Positions 48,001 to 59,652 of a stretch of DNA of 64,000 nt are shown piece by piece. The notes beneath the pieces were generated by a model. The model did not search any database, had not been told where the DNA came from, and saw nothing but the letters and a program-made list of their open reading frames with translations. The stretch is from NCBI GenBank assembly GCA_040285825.1, contig JAUPSS010000004.1, forward strand, positions 2,336,550 through 2,400,549. Direction: 5' to 3'. The stretch comes from Eukaryota sp. TZLM1-RC. Taxonomy: Eukaryota; Protista; Metamonada: BaSk clade. The position numbers were made by a program, and so were the translations under genes. Every line of letters begins with the position of its first letter. The stretch's first letter is position 1.

Positions 48001-49277
48001 CCAGCCAATTCTCCCCTAAACCAAGTCCTAATCCCAGGGTGCTTGCTAATCTCAAGTGATAATGCTGAGCAAACCAGCTTGATTACTGCTTCTGGAGTGC
48101 GACAATCGGCACAAGTGAATTCTCTGGCAAAGTCAAGAGGATTCTCGTTGAAATCTTCAGGCTGGAAAATCGTGGATTGATTGGTTAGGTTTGAGAGAAA
48201 TTTAGGACCATCCAAGCACCACTGATGACCCCAGGCAAGAAGAGAGGTATCTTCTCCAAGGAGAGTAATTTTACTAGCACGTTCAAAAGGATTTGATCGT
48301 CCCAGTTTCCGGCCAGATGAATCCAACACATGAGAGTAGTGGAGTTCGAAATAAGAAGAGAGATCGGTGATCGCTTCAATAGAATCAGCTGAAGATAGCT
48401 TAACCAGCAACTCAGTATCAATGTCTTGGTTAGTACTCTCCAAAGTATTTGTTAATCTCTCTAAACGTTTTCGTCCAGCTGCCAGCCTAACCCACTGCTG
48501 ATCCAGATCCATGAGTTTGAAGACATCAAGCTCAGTAAGCTCAGCAGAAGTTCCATCATTCTTGAAATATTCCAGTTTGTCTGCGTGGTTGACTAGCAAA
48601 GCAGCTGGTTCAATTCCTTTAATTAAGATGTTCTCCAAGAAATAAGTCACGACAGTTATAAGTGAAGGAGTGGGGCTTGGCATGAGGTGGTTGGAAACCC
48701 ATAAACCTTCCTTTTGAACCTCCGACATATCAACCTTGCGTCGGGGTAGTCGTTCTGGCCAATCTTCCCCTGTGACATAATGGTCACGGCTCTCCACAAC
48801 TTCATCTTCATCTTCCTCTACCTCTACCATTCCTTTCTTCTGTGGCATAGGAAGGCCAAGTTTGGTGTAGTCGAAGAGCGACTGTGCAGCACTGATACGT
48901 TCTTCATCTTCGTTTTCAGCAACAGGTCTTCCATCAGCACCAACAACAAAGTCATCAGCTTCAGAGTAGTACTCCGCTTCATCAGAGGCTGGGTCAAGGA
49001 GTTCACGTTGTTCACGGAGGAGTTCTTCCATCCGTTCCTTTTTCCTTCTTTCCTTGTCCTCTAGTCGTAGACGAAAAGATTGGCGTTCAGGTTTGGTGTC
49101 AGAGGGTTCCATTGGAACAGAAGAAAGTTCATCTTCTTCTCCAATATCAGAAGCGTCAGATAGTACCTCAAGGCGTTTACGTTTTGTTGGTGCAGAGGGT
49201 AAAGTAGTAGAAATGTCTTCATCCTCATCAGAATCAACAACACGGTGAAGTTTCCGTTTACGAGAGAAGGAGTCCAT
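45042..49277 (-). CDS. SPT6: Transcription elongation factor / histone chaperone Spt6
   Basis: Acidic N-terminus, DWPERL, HQYYKVK, SVSLARIALNPLNEYA, VPGFGPKK, TRIHPQDY.LA, S1-like and tandem SH2-like C-terminus (HHYFKNL..AEQYL..GAFILRP). Confidence 0.95.
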   Translation of the reverse strand: MDSFSRKRKLHRVVDSDEDEDISTTLPSAPTKRKRLEVLSDASDIGEEDELSSVPMEPSDTKPERQSFRLRLEDKERRKKERMEELLREQRELLDPASDEAEYYSEADDFVVGADGRPVAENEDEERISAAQSLFDYTKLGLPMPQKKGMVEVEEDEDEVVESRDHYVTGEDWPERLPRRKVDMSEVQKEGLWVSNHLMPSPTPSLITVVTYFLENILIKGIEPAALLVNHADKLEYFKNDGTSAELTELDVFKLMDLDQQWVRLAAGRKRLERLTNTLESTNQDIDTELLVKLSSADSIEAITDLSSYFELHYSHVLDSSGRKLGRSNPFERASKITLLGEDTSLLAWGHQWCLDGPKFLSNLTNQSTIFQPEDFNENPLDFAREFTCADCRTPEAVIKLVCSALSLEISKHPGIRTWFRGELAGLFTLSTRATAKGKDEIDGFHQYYKVKEIRYKPLSTISNDLFLLILKAQKDQLLKFSLDLPRPEEFERVHRHQMAKPSFVTPKFLYEYQSDRPIILESVKDFFKSSSYKENSQNWDELRESILSEMLFRHLIPLFKEEIKTKLTNEAKNYVFNSVIKDFSYSINAKPIVDYNPDPDPEDSVGVVGLYLGERDEPCVLTYLDFDGNMEEQLILANIHLRLGKGASVEVKERQREEWGQVFDLISRRNPSAIIIGAKGVETNSFVKKFDFGNENQIIQNLIDKVHIIPSYLSHIFASASIGSLLLPEASYPVRCSVSLARIALNPLNEYAVLAGSKADLLSHHHHVLQSELNQEFLYNSMLIGLSIAVAKQTVDINAALADSHYGCLFSLVPGFGPKKYDLLRDYALKHNFKVANRDDLLHPSINLCGSVTYQNCASFVIIPDSSDILAKTRIHPQDYGLAGSICAFLLEKEREYDPDNVDILILKNLVEDVRKRSELLGTINTSEIQSKFSPDVKITKLIKLIVNEIKNPLQDYRTTQLTLQADELFYTLTGTSRDDPLNDSIVSGTVIGYGPPVCPGDSCPYSQSEQHSCSMRFGQTDETRQKYRSFPGRESREFVTDVLPFVEPSSIHRQQSQFLGKIMFKYAMIKLDNNIIARVYQDRVENPPDSKEKDKLSHNEGTFESRKYFIQDILKVGSVVRGRVTEVYPDRFSAIVSLLSGDLVRDVDPAFRPRDEYCLPEVKEVVVKKEIQKTEYIMRPIQHHYFKNLTLTQAEQYLSDQDIGAFILRPARGDKLYELNLTIKFFHGIYFHLRVQNLHLKKHKSLLLGDKLKINPWFENALVTLSGFQVKLEFDDIDGIAVDFVEPFNRSVVETINYRKFNVNFDSWQSVVNILKANVADDPRSIHYYISFLFKEEGGGAVPGFFAIYYMVNGMTVPTKEVIVPTPKGFIFRNAMLSRISECVYRLKNDTKPQARTQFVPASVGWAHM

Positions 49278-49844
49278 GTAAAGAAGTAGTGTAAAGAAGG
49301 GTGAACTTCTAGGTTTGAATGAGGATGAACAGAAGACAAAGATGAAATAATTTAATAAATTTATTTTGTGAAATATTGCCAAAAACCTATTTATCAAAAA
49401 TACACATGGCGACATCAAAACAATATCAGCATTGAACTCGGCAATGTCTGATCAACTTGTGTGGTGTTCGTGTTCAGATCCTTTGATTTTGAAATTGATT
49501 AAAATTAAGTTGATGTTTCTTATTTTAGCGTTGAGGCCCTTCGAATCTAGTGTCCACTATAGAACAGTACTGTTTAACTATAAGAAAGTGAAGAAAAACG
49601 GAAAACTTCAAAAGTTGTACACCAGCATTGACCTTGAATACCGTTTAAAATGAACAAATGTAACAATGAACAGCAGTTTTGTGTTGAATAATTGTATGAG
49701 ACCGTGAGTAGTTGAGGTGGAATTTGAACTAATAGGGAGTAATCAGTTGGGGGAGGATTCAAAATGAATTTTGGAAAGCCTCCCAACAAATGTTTGTTTT
49801 ATAATTGACTCTCGAAATTACCGTTCCATTTTGTATTGTAGTTA

Positions 49845-51210
49845 AACATTTTTAGTTCCAACTTTAATCATATAATTCGATCCAGAAATGCTCTTGTCAC
49901 TAGGCCTTTGGCCCAGAAGTTTTATGAATTATGTGCTAAAGTCTTGTAAAATTACTAGGATGTAAAATGTTCCAGATTCCAGATCATGCTTATCTTAGTC
50001 CACATTATGGCGGTCTAGGTTGGACAAAAGCTTCTATTCTTACTTCATTTGCTGTATTGGTGGATGTAGAAATGCAATTTTTGAGTTTTCTGAATATTTT
50101 GCCGATTGGAAAGATTGATTAATGACAACGCAAAGTTCTACTATTTGCATTAAATGATGAGATTTCAAAAATTGAGGTAGAAAAAAAAGTCGACTTTCCC
50201 CAATCATTCAATGGTAATATTCCAGAAAAGAATCTTTTAAATTTAAAATACACTATTCGAACATTACAGAAACGATTGACTGGAATGTGAAAATGATCTT
50301 TATAATAATATATGCAGCTCGGCTGTTTCAAATCAAGATCTTCACTCATTGTTATTGGAAAAGGGTGTTTGTGAAAATAAGTCATCAGATTCTTCACTTT
50401 TTGTAACCATTATAGCACGAAGATTTGGATTGTGTGCCACTAATGAAGCATTTGTAACAACAATGAGATTATATTTGAATATCCCCATTAATCAATTATT
50501 ATCAAAAGAAAAATGTATTTGTTCGAATTCACCTCAGCTCATTTTGCGACATGCTCTGAATTGTTCGCAATTGATAATTTATCGTTCTTCATTACATGAT
50601 GCTGTTAGAGACACTGTTTTCAATATGGCACAAACTGCAAGAATATCGTGTATCAAAGAGCCTCTGCTGAAGGAAACACTGTCTTTGAATAATTTTGGTT
50701 CTGATGATAGAGGTGATGTATACTGTGATTGGATTGAGAACTCTGAAGCTGTTGTTGACTTTGTCTCATGTAATGTTGCAAATGACACTTTGGTTCAAAG
50801 AAGAAAACTTAATCCTGTAAGTGCTCTTGAAGTTAAAGCTAAAGAAAAACATAGAAAATATGACAAAGATATCGAAGAAGCTAATGTTGATAAGAATAGA
50901 CCATTTGTCTTTATTGCTTTCCCATTTTCGATAAACGGAAGACCATCAGTAGAAGCAGAAACTGTTTTGGATGGTTTCCTAAAAATGGTTCAAGAAAAAA
51001 CAATGAAAAAATTTGATATTTTTTTATGGCGCTCTCGGATTCAATTTGCCACTATCAATAGATTACCTCTTTTTTTCAATCGAATTAGAAAAGCTTTACC
51101 TAGACATCAAGCAGTTCAAGATCTTGTAAAGGAAACCTTAGTTCACTGAATTTCGTCCCATTAGTTATGTGTTTATTTTGTAAAGTGTGCAAGATGAATA
51201 AAAAAATGTT
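49845..51210 (+). mobile_element. RLE-1 copy, 5'-truncated
   Basis: ORF 50349-51149 (knuckle + endonuclease), homologous to 24771-25564. Confidence 0.9.
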
Positions 51211-51229
51211 TAAAAAGTTAAACATTTAT

Positions 51230-53082
51230 CAAAATAAACTCAGAATTGAGAAGAAATTCACTGAACCAACAATACCTGATTTACTTGCTATCAAAAGCAA
51301 AAATTTTCTCCATTTGAATCTATTGCTGAACAGAAAGAATATTATCAAATTGAATAAGGTCCATGAAGACTGAAAGATAGAAATGTATATTTCAAAACTA
51401 TGTCGTACGATGACGTGAATATATCTATTCTCGTTCTAGCTCTGAAGAAATGTTGCAGTAATGAGAGGTTATGTGAACAGTGGATACATGCCTGTATACC
51501 TCTGGAGAGCCATAGTTAGTGTAGGTTCATCGAAGAATTCTTTCACTACAAAATACTTTTACACTCTGTCTTTCCACACCTCCTTCAGCCTGATAGTGCA
51601 AAATTTGCAACCACTGAGAACTATTTGGATGATTTGGATGTTAAATTTCTATCATCAAAACACAAAGTACATATTGGCCCTGGTAAGAAGGATTTACTGT
51701 ATTTTAGTCAAAAAAGGTTCAAACTTAATGCAAGACCTTTTAAAAAGAGATAAACAATATGAGTGGCTGAGATACACAGAATTGGAATCGTCAAGGGTAT
51801 CAACATGTTGCCTGAAACTGTATTTACAGTCCTGTTTCGAACGCAACTTGTCATTAGCACGTATTTCTACCAAAGTGTGTGAATCATTGTCAGCGAGAAT
51901 CCGCTATATTTCAGATGATTTTTATGAGCAAGAAATGGTAAAACTAAAATGTGCAATTCCACAGGACTTGCAAGACTTTGTTCATGGTGAAGGAGTGCAT
52001 ACTGTATCAACTAGCTTTGGACAACAAAAAAAGATTTATAAGTTCAACAACATTATCCACAAAGATCGATTTAATATTGCAGTGGAATATGTACATCGGG
52101 ACTTACAAGGTCAGAAATGTAAGCCAGACAACAAGGCCAGTTTTTTCTGATTTTTATATTGCTGATGTTGTTGATGGTTTCCAAAACAAACGAATCATTG
52201 TTTGTGATCCTGGAAAACGTGATTAATTGTATTTTGGGATTAAAAAAACAAATCAAGAATTAGCCATGGTTCCTGAACATGAAACTGAACAGCAAAGAAA
52301 TAGTCGGGTGATGAATCAAGACATGAAATTCAAATGGTTGAGAATGACTCAGACGTTTTAAATCCTTGAAAAGTTGGATTAATGAAACACAAAAACGAAG
52401 GGCGACAAAGTATAATAAGGTATATTACGACAGGAACCAAATGATAGAGTCTATCTGAAATGACAATTGAAGATGCGTTTGCTGCCAATTCAGCAACTTT
52501 TATAGATTTATCCAACTTTGTGGTTGCCAAACTTCGGCAAGTTTTTTTGACAATCGACTTTTACAGTCTTGACTTGTGGAACATTCATAAAATGTTAGCT
52601 TTTATTCACAAGCAAAAGACTGAAAGTTGGTTGTTAAAAACTCTTGTTCAACAGTCTGGCAATCCAAAAGACACTTTAATACTAATGGTTGATTATGGTA
52701 AAAAAGGTTCCAAGAATTTGAAACATCAGAGATCTACTCGATGATGATTAATGAAGCTTTCAAATCAACACAATGTCCTGTCTGTTTTGAAAAGGTTTCT
52801 ACGTTCTTGAGAGTCGCAAATCCCAGATTATATAAGAGACAAAGGAGTCCAGTTACTACATGTCATGGTTTATTAGCTTGTAATAGTGAGAGTTGCAAAC
52901 TCAGTAACAAAGGCTCAACAATGCGTTTCAATAGAAAAAACCTTGTTGCCTCAATATGTTTGCAATTGCTGAAGCCAGAATGAGTGGTAATGAAAGGCCT
53001 CAATATCTGTGTAGTAGATAGTTTTTGTAATTATTCTGCACGAAAATTGATCGTGTGCTTATGGGGAATTTCCCACACATAA
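51230..53082 (+). mobile_element. Fanzor family A copy 3, pseudogene (5' limit uncertain; clear homology from ~52020)
   Basis: KRIIVCDPGKRD, INEAFKSTQCPVC, CHGLLACNSESC; same ~46-nt deletion as copy 2; 3' end CTTATGGGGAATTTCCCAC. Confidence 0.8.
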
Positions 53083-53121
53083 AGGACATTTATTACTTTG
53101 TTTTAGACAATATTTGTAAAA

Positions 53122-53724
53122 ATGGTTTCTACTGCGACTTCCAATGCGATCACTCTGCGAGGTTCTACTGCCATTGTCACTGAATTCTTTTCTTATGCAA
53201 TCAATTCTATACTGTACCAACGTGGAACCTACCCACCTCATATGTTTAAACCTGAAAAGAAATATGGACTCACACTGCTCACTACTTCTGATTCAGCATT
53301 GCAAGAGTACCTACTCAGTGTTCTTGATCAAACGGAAAGGTGGCTAATGACTGGAGCTGTTCAAAAGCTCGTTGTGGTCATTAGCTCTGCTATCGATCAA
53401 TCTACGCTAGAGCGGTGGGTCTTCAATGTTGAACATGAACCTTCTTCTAGTACTAAAAGTTCTTCCAAATCAGAAAAGCAGATACAATCTGAGATACAGG
53501 CTATACTTCGCCAAATAACCGCAAGTGTAACTTTTCTTCCTCTCATAGATGATCCTTGTACCTTTGAGCTTCTTTGTTATACCAATATTGATGCAGATGT
53601 CCCTACAATGTGGGAAGAAAGCAATCCAAAATACATTGAGAATAGCGAAGAAGTAAAGTTGAGATCTTTTTCTACCTCTATTCACAAAGTTGGTACGGAA
53701 GTATCGTTCAGGACTATTGAGTAG
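53122..53724 (+). CDS. MAD2: Spindle checkpoint HORMA protein Mad2
   Basis: ITLRGSTAIVTEFFSYAINSILYQRGTYP, LERWVF, IQAILRQITASVTFLP, LRSFSTSIHKV. Confidence 0.97.
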   Translation: MVSTATSNAITLRGSTAIVTEFFSYAINSILYQRGTYPPHMFKPEKKYGLTLLTTSDSALQEYLLSVLDQTERWLMTGAVQKLVVVISSAIDQSTLERWVFNVEHEPSSSTKSSSKSEKQIQSEIQAILRQITASVTFLPLIDDPCTFELLCYTNIDADVPTMWEESNPKYIENSEEVKLRSFSTSIHKVGTEVSFRTIE

Positions 53725-54014
53725 GTTGATTCGGTTTGGTTGTGATATTTAATTTATTTTTTGCATTTTAATTATTTTTAGTGAAGGTTTATTTTTTAAC
53801 CCACATAAGTATTTACATTAAATTTAAAATAAAATTCTAAAACAAAAAACCAACTTGTTATTTCGTCAAGAACGTAATTATTGATCCACAAGCATCACTA
53901 GACATAAAGCCAATAATCATTTAAAAACCATCTGTATACAATGCAATTAGTGGAAAGAAAGGGATTTTCATCAAACAAAAACATTGATTTTGGTCAAATC
54001 AAAATGCTCAAGGC

Positions 54015-54848
54015 TCAAACCCATTCGATTTTGTCCTGGCCAAGCTTTTCCTGTGCTCTCGATATCATTTCGAATGAACTAACTCTGTGGAATGGTGTAA
54101 AACAAGGATGTGGAGCTTCTACGAATTCCACATCAACAGAGTTTAGGGCAACACTGGCATTTCTGCTGTCACTCGTTATAAAGTCTTTTATAGCACACGT
54201 TCGACTTTCCAAGATGCTTTCCTTCAAAGCCTGAGCGTTCTTTCCCCATAAAACCACAACCAAACCTTTTTGAAGTTCTTCATGGTTGTGTGATTTGGAT
54301 AACTTTGCAAAGAATATTAGTTTGAAGATTTGTAGCACAATGGGACGCCAAAACTTTGCATGTGTAGCCAGGCTTTTCTTGTTTTCATAGGTTAATACTG
54401 AATTTAACCACAGAACCCGTTGTCTGGATGTATTTAAGAAGAAATCCAAGGGTGCAGGAAAGTTTATTTCCTTCAACATTGATCGTAGTGAACTAATTGA
54501 TGAATTAGTGGGCAAATCATGAGTGAAGTTCAACAAGTTTAATAAAATGTTTCGAAGACTGGGGGGAAAGCTCGACTTCCAGCCTGGGACGGCACTATCA
54601 CAGAAAGCTAATCCATTGGCAGATTCCTTTCGAGGGTATGGGTCTTGTCCAAGTATGACCACTTTAGCAAGATGTGGAGAGCTAAAGGATAAACTATAGA
54701 ACGTAAGGTCTAAGTTTGGAATAATGGCACTATTTCTTGTCGAAGAAAGAAAGTGTTCAACATCTGGCTGTTGTTCTATAAACTCTGTAAGGCACTGCCA
54801 TGAATCAGGTAGAATAGAAGACAATGATAGTTCACAACTTGTCTTCAT
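54015..54848 (-). CDS. UNG: Family-1 uracil-DNA glycosylase
   Basis: VVILGQDPYP, ANGLAF, PPSLRNI, VLWLNSVL, LWGKNAQ, PHP. Confidence 0.93.
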   Translation of the reverse strand: MKTSCELSLSSILPDSWQCLTEFIEQQPDVEHFLSSTRNSAIIPNLDLTFYSLSFSSPHLAKVVILGQDPYPRKESANGLAFCDSAVPGWKSSFPPSLRNILLNLLNFTHDLPTNSSISSLRSMLKEINFPAPLDFFLNTSRQRVLWLNSVLTYENKKSLATHAKFWRPIVLQIFKLIFFAKLSKSHNHEELQKGLVVVLWGKNAQALKESILESRTCAIKDFITSDSRNASVALNSVDVEFVEAPHPCFTPFHRVSSFEMISRAQEKLGQDKIEWV

Positions 54849-54870
54849 TGCGAGGTAATTCAAAAAATGT

Positions 54871-56614
54871 CGTCCTATTTTATTACAAATTCAAGAGATG
54901 TTTCCTTCGCTAAAAATGATTGCCTATATGGATGATGTTGTTCTTAAAGGTGATTTAAATTTTGTGAAAAAAGCAACTGTATGTTTTAAAGAATTATTTA
55001 CCAAAATTGGCCTCCGACTTGATCTACTTAAATGTGTTTTGTTATAGAATTCTGCAGTTTCCACAATAGTTGATGGTATTGAAATTCAAGCCAAATTATA
55101 TTCAATTGATGTTATTCGTCATTTGGGTTAGTTTTTACGAAATAATGATGAAATTACCAAAGAATTGTTTGAAAAGTTGAACTCAATTTCTGACAAAATT
55201 GACCGAATGATGACTTTAGATATACAGAAACATATTAAATTTACCATTATAAGACTGTGTTTTAGTTCCAACTATAATCATATATTTCCATACAGAAATC
55301 CTCTTGTCACTAAACCTTTGGCCCAGAAGTTTTATGAATTACGCGCAAAAGTCTTGTAAAATTACTAGGATGTAAAATGTTCCAGATTCCAGATCATGCT
55401 TATCTTAGTCCACATTATGGCGGTCTAGGTTGGACAAAGGCTTCTCTTCTTACTTCATTTGCTGTATTGGTGGATGTAGAAATGCAATTTTTGAGTTTTC
55501 TGATTATTTTGCCGATTGGATAGATGTATTAATGACAACGCAAAGTTCTACTATTTTGCATTAAATGATGAGATTCCAAAAATTGAGGTAGAAAAAAGGA
55601 CTCGACTTTCCCCAATCATTCAATGGTAATATTCCAGAAAAGAATCTTTTTAATTTAAAATACACTCTTCGAACATTACAGAAACGATTGACTGGAATGT
55701 GAAAATGATCTTTATAATAATATATGCAGCTCGGCTGTTTTAAATCAAGATCTTCACTCATTGTTATTGGAAAAGGGTGTTTGTGAAAATAAGTCGTCAG
55801 ATTCTTCACTTTTTGTAACCATTATACCACGAAGATTTGTTTTGTGTGCCACTAATGAAGCATTTGTAACAAAAATGAGATTATATTTGAATATCCCAAT
55901 TAATCAATTATTATCAAAAGAAAAATGTATTTGTTCGAATTCACCTCAGCTCATTTTGCGACATGCTCTGAATTGTTCGAAATTGATATCTTGTCGTTCT
56001 TCATTACATGATGCTGTTAGAGACACTGTTTCAGTATGGCACAAACTGCAAGAATATCGTGTATCAAAGAGCCTCTGCTGAAGGAAAGAGTGTCTCTGAA
56101 TAATTTTGGTTCTGATGATAGAGGTGATGTATACTGTGATGGGATTGATAACTCTGAAGCTATTGTTGACTTTGTCTCATGCAATGTTGCAAATGACACT
56201 TTGGTTCACAGAAGAAAACTTAATCCTGTCAGTGCTCTTGAATTTAAAGCAAAAGAAAAACATAGAAAATATGACAAAGATATCGAAGAAGCTAATGCTG
56301 ATAAAAATAGACCATTTGTTTTTATTCCTTTCCGATTTTCGATAAATGGAAGACCATCAGTAGAAGCAGGAACTTTTTTGAATGATTTCCAAAAAATGGT
56401 TCAAGAAAAAACAATGAAAAAATTTGATATTTATTTATGGCGCTCTCGGATTCAATTTGCCATTATTAGTAGATTACCTCGGCTTTTCAATAGAATAAGA
56501 GAAGCTTTAGCTAGACAGCAAGCAAATCAAGATTTTGCAGAGGAAATCTTGGTTCAATGGTATTCGTCCCATTAGTTATGAATTAATTTGATTAAGTGTG
56601 CATGTTCAATAAAT
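54871..56614 (+). mobile_element. RLE-1 copy, 5'-truncated within RT
   Basis: Starts just upstream of AYMDD; homologous to 23204-25618 minus the nested RLE-2. Confidence 0.9.
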
Positions 56615-56681
56615 ACTAAGAACTTGTCGCAAAAAGTTGGTGTTGCCGATTTCCATTTTGAAATGGAAATAAAAACGGAAA

Positions 56682-57454
56682 ATGTGGAAATTCGTTCCAC
56701 ATTGCCAACTCAACGCATTCCCCTGTGAAATTTATTCCTGTTTTCAACTTTCTCAATGTTTACTCACAGGCTGTAAGAGACATGTAGCGTCATTGGACAA
56801 AGACAATCATGATCTTCATCAATGGGGTACCTCACTTAAATACACCTACTGCTTTCACAGAACAAAGTTTCGCGACTTGATATATCTAAATGTATCTACC
56901 AAATTCTATTAAAGCTTTTATAGATCTGTCTCAAATTTTTTTAAAAACAGTAAAAATAAAATACAAAAATAAAATAGAAGTTTTTCAAAAATTTTAGCTT
57001 CTGTTTGTTCAGGTTCCTCATTCATCTTCTCAACATAGCTTTTGGGCAAATGTATCTTTCCGGCCACAATTCCACTTTCTTCTTAATTTGAATATTTTTT
57101 GCAGCGGAAAAATCTCTGTCATATACTATTTGACACTCAGTACAAATACGCAGCTGTCTTGAGCCTGCTTGAATAATCTCGGCCATGTCACAATTGGACA
57201 GTTTGCTTGTATTAAAATCACTGGTTCACAAGTGCTTCACGTCCTTTTGATAACACAACCATTTTCTGAAAGCCCTTGCTGATTCAAATCGATTGACTTT
57301 TCGGCAATGAGAAGGGAAATTAGCAGAACCCACAGCCAGATAGAGTTTTTCAGGATGTCCAGCCAGCCTTTGAAATTTGTTGAGACTCTCTCTGAACCGT
57401 CTCTCTTTTCGTCTGCGGTTATCAAATTTAATTATTTTCCATTTCTGGGGATTA
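56682..57454 (-). mobile_element. Fanzor family C copy 3, 5'-truncated
   Basis: Homologous to 9910-10483 + 12053-12222 without the LTR insertion. Confidence 0.88.
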
Positions 57455-57596
57455 GAAGAGTATCGTCAGAAGTGCATAGAAGTCATCACTTTATTGTAAA
57501 AAAGGTTTTAAGTAAAGTAAAGTAAAGTGACTAAAGTACCTATTTCACTTTAGTCATCCCTGCTCGACAAAAATAGCTACATTTTTTGTGTTACCA

Positions 57597-58265
57597 ATGT
57601 TTCCATCTACACTATTTAAGCACATTTGCTGCCCAAAGTCAGACAGTTGTCCTGATGGATCTATGTGTTGGTTTACACATGAATCCACTCTTTCGAGTCT
57701 CATAGATTTATCTGCATATAAGTACACACCTTATGTTGAACCAGTAAGTGACACTCAAGAGGTACAGCATAAATCACCAGCAGTGACACCACTGCCAAGT
57801 GTAGATACTAGTACGGAAACGTTACAGACCAATAACCAAAAAATTGAAATCTTACCTCCAAAAGTGAGTACAGATACATCATCTCGGAGTGTGACATCAA
57901 CAAGTTCTAAACCAAAAAGTAAGATGGAGATTATGAAGGAACAAATGAGGTCTAGGAGGTTGCAAACACAGAGTAATACACCACACTCGTCATCAAAGCC
58001 TCCTGAGCGTCCTGTTGTTCATTTTGATGCCGCAAATGATCTAAAAATACCTCTCAACATAAGAAACTGGGCTTTGAACCAACTTATCGATGTCAAGACC
58101 AGAGTCTTTCCATCACCGCAATCCCTCCCTCCTTTAGTTTTGCAACGAACATATGATGATTGTGTACAATTGGAAAAAACATGGGCTGAAAAGTTCAGAC
58201 ATGCACCAACAGGCTATAAAGCTTATGTTGCAACTCAATTAGCCTATATAAAGTCTTCTATATAG
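57597..58265 (+). CDS. CCCH zinc-finger protein resembling the non-catalytic parts of REXO1
   Basis: FKHICCP...C.....CWFTH at the N-terminus and KIPLNIRNWALNQLI...LEK at the C-terminus; no DEDDh domain. Confidence 0.55.
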   Translation: MFPSTLFKHICCPKSDSCPDGSMCWFTHESTLSSLIDLSAYKYTPYVEPVSDTQEVQHKSPAVTPLPSVDTSTETLQTNNQKIEILPPKVSTDTSSRSVTSTSSKPKSKMEIMKEQMRSRRLQTQSNTPHSSSKPPERPVVHFDAANDLKIPLNIRNWALNQLIDVKTRVFPSPQSLPPLVLQRTYDDCVQLEKTWAEKFRHAPTGYKAYVATQLAYIKSSI

Positions 58266-59124
58266 CGTTACTGATGGTGTCTTTCTATAATTTTTACAAA
58301 TAAGGTTTCAACCATCTTGGACTCTGTGCACTAACTGTTAAATTTAAATGAATATAATATAATATAAGTAATAAAATAATTTAATAGTTGAATTTGTTTC
58401 CAAAGATATTTCCTCTAAATATCAATCTGTTTTAATAGTAACTCGTAATAGTAACTCGTTGCAGGTACTTTATGATCTTCCTCATTTATGTTTAGAAGGA
58501 CAAAATCTGTGGCATCCATGTTCAGAAGCTGCTTTTGGTCTAGGAATGCTGTTTTCTGTTGACAAAAGATAAACAGTAAGATATCTTCAAAGGATCATCA
58601 AAAGAACTTGTGATTAATTCACAATTACCACAAGATACAGCAACAATAGATGAGAAGCAACATTGACCACCACATGTGGACAGATCAGCACAACCAGTAG
58701 GCAGCTACTTCGGTAGTATTGCTTATTGATCAACTTGAAATTCAAATTTCTAAATCCACTTTATTATTATTTATATTTATTATTTATTATATATATATTA
58801 TATATATTGGATAAAAATAAATAAGTAAATAACTTTAAAACGTTCTGAAATCGAGATACCAATTCTGTTCTAGATATTCTGATGTTGGCTGAACACATTC
58901 TGGATGGAAGAGAGAGATCAGAGGTGTTTAAGAAACAACAGTCTCAAACCATTGTTATTGAAATTACTGATGACAGTCTAAAGGCTGCTGGAAAGGGTAC
59001 TGAAGGTGCTGGTATAGCTATGAGTCCGATGCAACAACCTGATCTCAATACATTGTCACCAGTAGCGAAAGCGAAAGTTGAAGAACAATGTATAGTATTG
59101 AAGTAACTTAAGAAATCAAGCTTT

Positions 59125-59345
59125 TGTCTATTTAGGTCGGTTCCTAGGAGAAAGGCCAAGAGCGAATGTGGTTAGCGTACTATTGTTAGTTAGGAACGAG
59201 ACAATTGTAGGTGTAAGGGAGTCAGAAATGTTGTTTCCGCTGACGTTGAGGGAAGTTAAGGACACAGGACAAGACAGGATGGTAGAGGTACCAGGGTCAC
59301 GAAGGAGGTTGTGAATGTTGTCTTGTCAAGAGTCATTGTTAGGTT
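59125..59345 (-). pseudogene. Leucine-rich-repeat gene fragment
   Basis: A minus-strand frame reads LTSLNVSGNNISD..IVSFLTNNSTLTTFAL between stops. Confidence 0.5.
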
Positions 59346-59652
59346 GAGTGGTTTCTATTTCAAGATTAAAGAAGTGTCAAGTTGATCCCATTATGAAAAT
59401 ATACTTTATACGAACTCACTGAAACAACACGTTCTCTTGATTGGATATGCTAATGTTATCACCTAAAACACTCCTTCAACTGTAACCTTTTCACGAAAGA
59501 AAATAGTTGCGGCAGCTTAAATATCACGTATTATAGTGTTTAATTATCATTTTGCTCAGGCTTTGTATTTGTATAGATGTAAGAAGTTGTGAATAAATCA
59601 AATTTTTTATTGTTGACTGTCTGATCTTTTCTCGACTGACATATTCACTCCA

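Noticed and set aside
49845-53082. Fanzor as a 3' cargo ORF of the RLE-1 retrotransposon
   Set aside because: The adjacency is co-oriented here only; other RLE-1 copies end independently or face Fanzor in the opposite orientation.
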